Below, in pieces: positions 58,521 to 64,000 of a DNA stretch of 64,000 bases (the first letter of the stretch is position 1; each line of letters opens with the position of its first letter). The notes below the pieces were generated by a model. That model worked only from the letters and a program-made list of their open reading frames with translations, searched no databases and had not been told where the DNA came from. Location of the stretch: IMG/VR virus record IMGVR_UViG_3300042564_001445. One strand, given 5' to 3'. The position numbers and the translations under genes are program-made. Origin of the DNA: an uncultured virus (IMG/VR IMGVR_UViG_3300042564_001445) (taxonomy: Duplodnaviria > Heunggongvirae > Uroviricota > Caudoviricetes).

Positions 58521-61500
58521 TTATTTAGGCTGATAGTCTGCTGGATTAAATCCTTCAGGCAATCCTGCTTGTGAATCTACTTTAGGCGCCGGCTTCTTAG
58601 CTTCTTCCATCTCTACTATCTTTTTGTATTGCTTAACAACCTCGTCGCTAAAACCAATTGAGCCTAGATCTTTTTGCAAAACTTTATCTTTCATTGGATC
58701 TTGTCCATTCTTAGTAAATATTTCATAGATAGCCATTGCTTTTACCTTTGCAGATTTAGCTTGATAAGCAATCAATAAATACTTAGGAATATTCGCTGTT
58801 CTTTGAACTTTAGATTTCCCAATAGACATTTCAATGTAATTCTTTGCATACTCCTTGTCTTCTTTGTTAGTTAAAGACTTATAGTATTCCATAATCTCTG
58901 GCTTTGCAGCAGTATAAGGCAAGTCTGCGTCTTTGTAATTCTTAAAGATAGTTTTAATCTTATTAGAAACATTTTGGCGCGCACTATTCTCTTTACGCTG
59001 TAATCTTTCGATAAATTTAGCGTCTTCTTTTGAATCGTAGAATAACTCGTTTTTAGTTTTATCTGTTGATCCAACAATACGTTTGCCGAATGTTTTCAAT
59101 AAAGCTTGCCCTGCCTCAGTAAAGTCTCCATCTTCAATGTACTTAGATCGAGTATTTTCATCTACGCCACCTACATACAAATCTGTCATTTGATCTGTAA
59201 TAGTATATAAGCCGCTCAATAAAGCTTGGTTTTCTGGGCTTGTCAAAAACGCATCTTCTGAAGATTTCTGGAATCTTTCTGGAGATATTTCTATCGAGCC
59301 ATCTGTTATTTTAGATGCCCCCTTAGCCATTGTTTTGTAGAAAGACAATATATCTTTATTCTCTTCGCCTTCTTCGCTGATTGTAATATTGCGAAGATTA
59401 TCTTGGCTTAATGAACGCTGATTCCAAAGCGATTGATTTGTAGCATACTCATAAAAGAATTTAGCTGTAGAAGGTATTTGTGAAGTAGCTACTGGCATAA
59501 ACATCTTTAATGATTCCATCATTTCCTTATTATAATCTTTATCTACAGGAGGAATCTTAGTACCTAGCATAGGGGCATATCCTTTATAGTATGCTGCCTC
59601 CGCCATAGTTTGGAATACATTCCAGAATGCTTTAATAGGAGTTGGAACTTGAATTTGCGTATAAGAATGTGTGCCGTCTGCATTTTTAAATGGAGACATT
59701 ATAATCAACTTACTACGCTTTGCTCTTTTCAAATCTTCGTTCTCCCAATCGTCTCCAGCCATCTTCATGTTATACAAAGTAAGGGCCATAACCGCACCTC
59801 CTGATTGCAGAACCTTCTTGCTAAATGCAGGGAAGTTATTCTTAATATAAGATGCAGAGATCTTTCCTACTTGAGTAGTTACATTAAAGAAAGGAATTAA
59901 CCCATTAAGCCACTTAGAAGTTCTACCGCCTCTATGATAATCCATTGCCGCGCGAGCTTCATATGCCGCTTGACTTTTTATCTTATCATAATCGACTCCA
60001 TTTGGATCTGATCCATTTTTCTTTTGGAATTCTCTAATCAAATCATTACGCTTATTTTCATATGCTGTCAACTTAGATGCCATCTCAGAGATATCTCCAA
60101 GCGCGCCTAATGCGTCGCCAACTTTACCTAAAACGTTTGTTTCGTAAGCAAGAGTATTCATCAATCCACCTGCTTCACCATACTCATTAATTAAATTTAA
60201 TAAATCAGAATTATCTCCCTTACCAGTTTTAGCTTTAGCTATTGACAATGACTTAGCTATAGCACCACTAAAGCCTTTTCCCATCTGCCCGAATACACCA
60301 AACTTGCTAGAGTATAAGTTATTGTAGTATACCTGAGATAAAATATCAATAGGGATGTTTGAGATAATAAAGGCTGGGTTTATACCAACCGCCATTGCAG
60401 AAGTAATGTTCGCTCCTAATGCTTTTACAGAAGTTCTGTACAACCAGTTTCGTGTATCCCACATCTCTTCATCTTGGAACTCGCGCGCAAAAGATTCTTT
60501 CAGTTGAACTGCGTAGCGCTTACCATCTTTCTTGTAGTACATATTTCTAAATCCAGCATCCGGATCTTGCAACTTAGGAGATCCATCTGGGTTTAATTTT
60601 TCTGTACCATTTGCATACTTATCTACGTTAGCCGGCTTCAACCAAGAAAGATTCTTGCCTTCCATTTCTTCAGCCATCCAAGATATTGCGCGATTAGCGA
60701 ACACCTTGTTGACAGCAGACACAAAGCCCATTTTAAGTAGCTTCTCTGAATCTGTCATCATATAACCAGTATCCCCTTCGCTAATTTTAGCAATTTCCTC
60801 CTTCGTAATTTGTACTCCACGAGTATTAAATGCAGACTGAGGCGTGTCTCCTAACAGGAATTTCAAGAATTTACGAGGCTGATAGTCGTAGTTTTTGTAC
60901 ATATCATACTCGCCTTGATCAATTAATCCATTATCAAGTTTGTATTTTAAGATGTCAGAGAACGCTTTAAAGTATCTTGTTGCGCGGGTTTCTAATTCTG
61001 CTAATTTAGCTGGATTATCTTCGTATACTTTTTCCTTAAGGGCGTCTAATTGCTTCTGAGCTTCTTCTTTTGATAAAGAAACCTCTTTTTTAGTTACATA
61101 ATCTGTAAATGAAGTATGTAACGGACGATCAACTTTTTCGCCTGCCGCTTTTCTGTTATCAAAGTTTTCATCAATAGCTATTGTACGACGAAGCAAAATG
61201 ATATCATCTAAGAAACCTTTGTCTCTTTTGTTTAATTTTTTGCCATCAATTGTACCGTATATTTCATTTCTAGCATCAGCAAACATTCTAGTAGCATAAG
61301 GGGTTCCTCCTGCCTTATTGTACATATTGTAAAAAGATTGCATCATATCTGCATTCTTCAATGCATCTGAAACATTTACATTACGCTCAGTCATTTCTTT
61401 TTGAGTAGCAATTAATGCGTCACTTAAAGAAACTTTTTCAGCGTTTTTCTGTGCTTGTTTTGCAGCAGAAGTTCCTGATTCATATTTTGGTTTGCCCATC

Positions 61501-64000
61501 AACTGAGACTTAGTATAAGTCTTGTCTCCAGCTGAATGTATTTGATCTGGGTTAAACACTACATACTGCTTAACATCATAACCTTCTTTGTCAGCTGTTC
61601 TTAGCACGACACCTTCTTTGTCAGTATTCTCAAGAACTTCATTCTCCTTCTTGCGTTCTGCTTCAAAAGAATTATTAAAGTCTGCTTCGTTATAATCAAA
61701 TGTTTTTGCATCTAAGAATACCGGCATCTGGATATCTCCGTAAGCCTTAGCACCAGTTAATGTAGGAGTAAAGAATATTCCCTTTTTATGTATGCTATAC
61801 CGCTTCTTGTCAGGATCTGTACTAAATCTATCAAACTCATTATAAGTTCCGTGATAGAACACTTGTGGCTCGCCGTTGTCGTCAACAAATTTTGATGCGT
61901 TTTCTGGATCGTTTTCCCAGTCTCCAAACCATTGCTTGAATTCTGGCGTGCGAACAGCATCGTATTGCTCTTTAGTCAAGTTAGAAGGCTTTCCGTTAGG
62001 AGCTAGTCTTACTTGTGATCTAGTAACAGTTGCATCAGGGAATGATGTATTGTTGTAACCTAGTTTAGGGGCGAAGATTTTAGCTCCAATTATAACTTCA
62101 GGTTGAGTACCAATATGACTCAATTCAGGGGCGTTAAAAGTAGACATCCCATCCATTGATAATCCGCCAAATCTATACCCATATTTATTTAATGAAGACA
62201 AATTATTAACTGATAATTTTGATTCATCTAAAGTAATCTTTTCAAAATCAATATCATTAGATATATTTAATTCTGAAAATGTTAACCTAAACTTATCAAT
62301 TGAAGCTATTGAAGGAATGTTTATTTTAGCGTCTCCACTTTCTTTAAAATCCCTTATTGTAAAATCTGCAATTCGATTTAATTTTTTTGCATCAAATATT
62401 GAATTTCCTTCTACATAAAAATTTACAATTTCTTCTGTATTCCCAAGATAAACTTTACCATTATCAACTTCTCCATCAAACATTTCTTTTGCAGACTCTG
62501 AATTAAATTCAGAGTTAGAAATTTTTAAATAATGAATTTTATCAAAAGAATCTGATATTATTTTAGATCCATTGCTTGCGTCAACGCTTACCCAAGATAA
62601 ATCTAACCCTTTAGGAATTTCAATTTTAGAGTTATCAGATGCATTAAGATCATTTATTCCTCCTAAAAAATTATATTCAGATCGAACTTGTTCTTTTATA
62701 GATATATTGCTCCCTTTGCTTGCAGATATATTTACTGAGCTTCTTGATCCATCTGAAATATTAATTTTATCGATTGAAATACTTGATCCAGTATTAGCGA
62801 CAACAGCCAATGCTCTGCTTCCTTCAAGCATTTCAATATTATTTAACTTCAAATTAGAATCCAATTCTGATATTATAGTTTCTACATACTTTAAACTAGG
62901 TGCATTTATGTTCGATTGCGCAATACTAATTTTGGAGATTTCTTCTAATTTATCAATATTAACATCTTCCTCATTTACTTCATTTATTATTAAAGTACCT
63001 TTGCCAGATTTAAGATTAGGGGCATAAAATTTACCTCCATCTATGGTTAGATCAAATTTAGTAGAAGATCTTTTGCTTAAGAGCTGCTCCACTAATGGTA
63101 TATTTAATGAGCTTTTACGTCCGACATTTGTGCCTATATAAGCATCAAAAGTAAGAGATTTGATTTTTCCAAAAGTAAAGTTTACGGAAGTAGATGACTG
63201 CGGAATAAAAAATCCATCATTTCCCATAAATTCTAGCGAAGGAAAATCTAAGGTAGCATCATTATTATCAGCAACAGATATCCCTTTAGTTATTGATTTT
63301 AATAATGGGGCTTTAACATTGGCTCCATCAAAACCTTTTAATCTGCCTAATATTCTTTCCAACTTAGGTAAATTATACTCTTTATTTAAAAGTCCTAAGA
63401 AATTTACTTTTCCAATAATTAAACGCAATTGATCATAGTTATTATTTTCAAAATCAATATTAATTGCGTCATCACCTGTAGTACCTAATATTTCATTTGG
63501 CTTATAACCAAACTGCTCGAATACCTCTTGGGAATTTTTTAATATTGTCTCTTTTGCAACTCTTAATGCATTGTTTTTTTCTCCATAAGATTTATCTTTC
63601 ATTTCCAATAAATCCAAAATTTCATTTTCAGATTTTGCCTCAGAGTAATATTTCAAGACAGTATCTTTAATTAATTTATGGGTTTGTGCAAACCTGCTAT
63701 CAAATAATTCTTTATCAAAATTGTCAGATTTGGCGTAAACATTTCTTGCCCAATCGTCAAATTCAGTAGGGTATAATGCAAATAATTTTTTAGAAACCTC
63801 GTCTGGCAATAAATCAATTATGTCTTTTAATTGATTTTGAATATCCACATCTTTTTTGTACTCTTCTCCTCCCGGCAATGTATTTACTATTTCATCTAAT
63901 ATCTCATTATCTTGAGGAAACAACGATTGCCCATCTCCTAAGCCGCGAACTTCCGAGATTCTATCTTTGCCATTATATCGTACCGCAATTCTAGCATCGC
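58521..64000 (-). CDS. Giant polyvalent protein, C-terminal part (open at window end): end of a second 'WCT' domain, beta-solenoid, ADP-ribosyltransferase (ART-PolyVal-like), LPD38-like C-terminus
   Basis: Frame stays open past 63923 to 64000 (DARIAVRYNGKDRISEVRGLG...). APNGKPSNL...VRTPEFK.WFGDW...VD.NGEP...YHGT...GIFFT...A..YG...PVFL at ~61530-62010. DYHRGG...N..IPFFN at ~59880-59945. Confidence 0.85.
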   Translation of the reverse strand, partial: DARIAVRYNGKDRISEVRGLGDGQSLFPQDNEILDEIVNTLPGGEEYKKDVDIQNQLKDIIDLLPDEVSKKLFALYPTEFDDWARNVYAKSDNFDKELFDSRFAQTHKLIKDTVLKYYSEAKSENEILDLLEMKDKSYGEKNNALRVAKETILKNSQEVFEQFGYKPNEILGTTGDDAINIDFENNNYDQLRLIIGKVNFLGLLNKEYNLPKLERILGRLKGFDGANVKAPLLKSITKGISVADNNDATLDFPSLEFMGNDGFFIPQSSTSVNFTFGKIKSLTFDAYIGTNVGRKSSLNIPLVEQLLSKRSSTKFDLTIDGGKFYAPNLKSGKGTLIINEVNEEDVNIDKLEEISKISIAQSNINAPSLKYVETIISELDSNLKLNNIEMLEGSRALAVVANTGSSISIDKINISDGSRSSVNISASKGSNISIKEQVRSEYNFLGGINDLNASDNSKIEIPKGLDLSWVSVDASNGSKIISDSFDKIHYLKISNSEFNSESAKEMFDGEVDNGKVYLGNTEEIVNFYVEGNSIFDAKKLNRIADFTIRDFKESGDAKINIPSIASIDKFRLTFSELNISNDIDFEKITLDESKLSVNNLSSLNKYGYRFGGLSMDGMSTFNAPELSHIGTQPEVIIGAKIFAPKLGYNNTSFPDATVTRSQVRLAPNGKPSNLTKEQYDAVRTPEFKQWFGDWENDPENASKFVDDNGEPQVFYHGTYNEFDRFSTDPDKKRYSIHKKGIFFTPTLTGAKAYGDIQMPVFLDAKTFDYNEADFNNSFEAERKKENEVLENTDKEGVVLRTADKEGYDVKQYVVFNPDQIHSAGDKTYTKSQLMGKPKYESGTSAAKQAQKNAEKVSLSDALIATQKEMTERNVNVSDALKNADMMQSFYNMYNKAGGTPYATRMFADARNEIYGTIDGKKLNKRDKGFLDDIILLRRTIAIDENFDNRKAAGEKVDRPLHTSFTDYVTKKEVSLSKEEAQKQLDALKEKVYEDNPAKLAELETRATRYFKAFSDILKYKLDNGLIDQGEYDMYKNYDYQPRKFLKFLLGDTPQSAFNTRGVQITKEEIAKISEGDTGYMMTDSEKLLKMGFVSAVNKVFANRAISWMAEEMEGKNLSWLKPANVDKYANGTEKLNPDGSPKLQDPDAGFRNMYYKKDGKRYAVQLKESFAREFQDEEMWDTRNWLYRTSVKALGANITSAMAVGINPAFIISNIPIDILSQVYYNNLYSSKFGVFGQMGKGFSGAIAKSLSIAKAKTGKGDNSDLLNLINEYGEAGGLMNTLAYETNVLGKVGDALGALGDISEMASKLTAYENKRNDLIREFQKKNGSDPNGVDYDKIKSQAAYEARAAMDYHRGGRTSKWLNGLIPFFNVTTQVGKISASYIKNNFPAFSKKVLQSGGAVMALTLYNMKMAGDDWENEDLKRAKRSKLIIMSPFKNADGTHSYTQIQVPTPIKAFWNVFQTMAEAAYYKGYAPMLGTKIPPVDKDYNKEMMESLKMFMPVATSQIPSTAKFFYEYATNQSLWNQRSLSQDNLRNITISEEGEENKDILSFYKTMAKGASKITDGSIEISPERFQKSSEDAFLTSPENQALLSGLYTITDQMTDLYVGGVDENTRSKYIEDGDFTEAGQALLKTFGKRIVGSTDKTKNELFYDSKEDAKFIERLQRKENSARQNVSNKIKTIFKNYKDADLPYTAAKPEIMEYYKSLTNKEDKEYAKNYIEMSIGKSKVQRTANIPKYLLIAYQAKSAKVKAMAIYEIFTKNGQDPMKDKVLQKDLGSIGFSDEVVKQYKKIVEMEEAKKPAPKVDSQAGLPEGFNPADYQPK

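Noticed and set aside
63849..64000. Terminal direct repeat or assembly overlap with 1-156
   Set aside because: Many synonymous and non-synonymous differences; these are paralogous protein domains, not identical ends
1..64000. Stop-codon reassignment as in some crAss-like phages
   Set aside because: Long, densely packed ORFs under the standard code, and TAG ends genes such as the capsid and tail fibre
1..64000. tRNA or rRNA genes
   Set aside because: No T-loop/cloverleaf or rRNA-like sequence noticed in the few intergenic gaps; tRNAscan-SE would be needed to exclude them formally

Overview
Nearly the whole genome of a tailed dsDNA phage of Bacteroidota, with a podovirus-like virion module related to crAss-like and Cellulophaga phi38:1-like phages. 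It uses the standard genetic code and has no visible integrase, DNA polymerase, primase or RNA polymerase. The minus strand from 36.1 kb down to 1 is the late arm: tandem GroES-like protein, terS, terL, portal, scaffold, major capsid protein, tail fibres, a Trp-halogenase-like gene, lysis cassette, ring and muzzle proteins, and three ejection/cargo genes. The last cargo gene is a giant polyvalent protein that runs off the left edge and probably re-enters at the right edge (64000 to 58521). The plus strand from 36.6 to 52.6 kb holds small early genes, a lambda-O-like initiator with DnaB, an exonuclease, an SSB-like protein and a RusA-like resolvase. The minus strand from 58.5 to 52.6 kb holds a Dps-like gene and two paralogous zincin proteins. 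Most notable: (1) a second, mirror-oriented iteron plus AT-rich origin-like element in front of terS that matches the repeats inside the initiator gene; (2) two zincin proteins with near-identical N- and C-terminal tags around swapped cores; (3) a T[RK]SQ[IVL] linker at the domain junctions of the giant protein; (4) a switch-like RNA leader upstream of the replication operon. All family calls come from motif recognition by eye, not from database searches.
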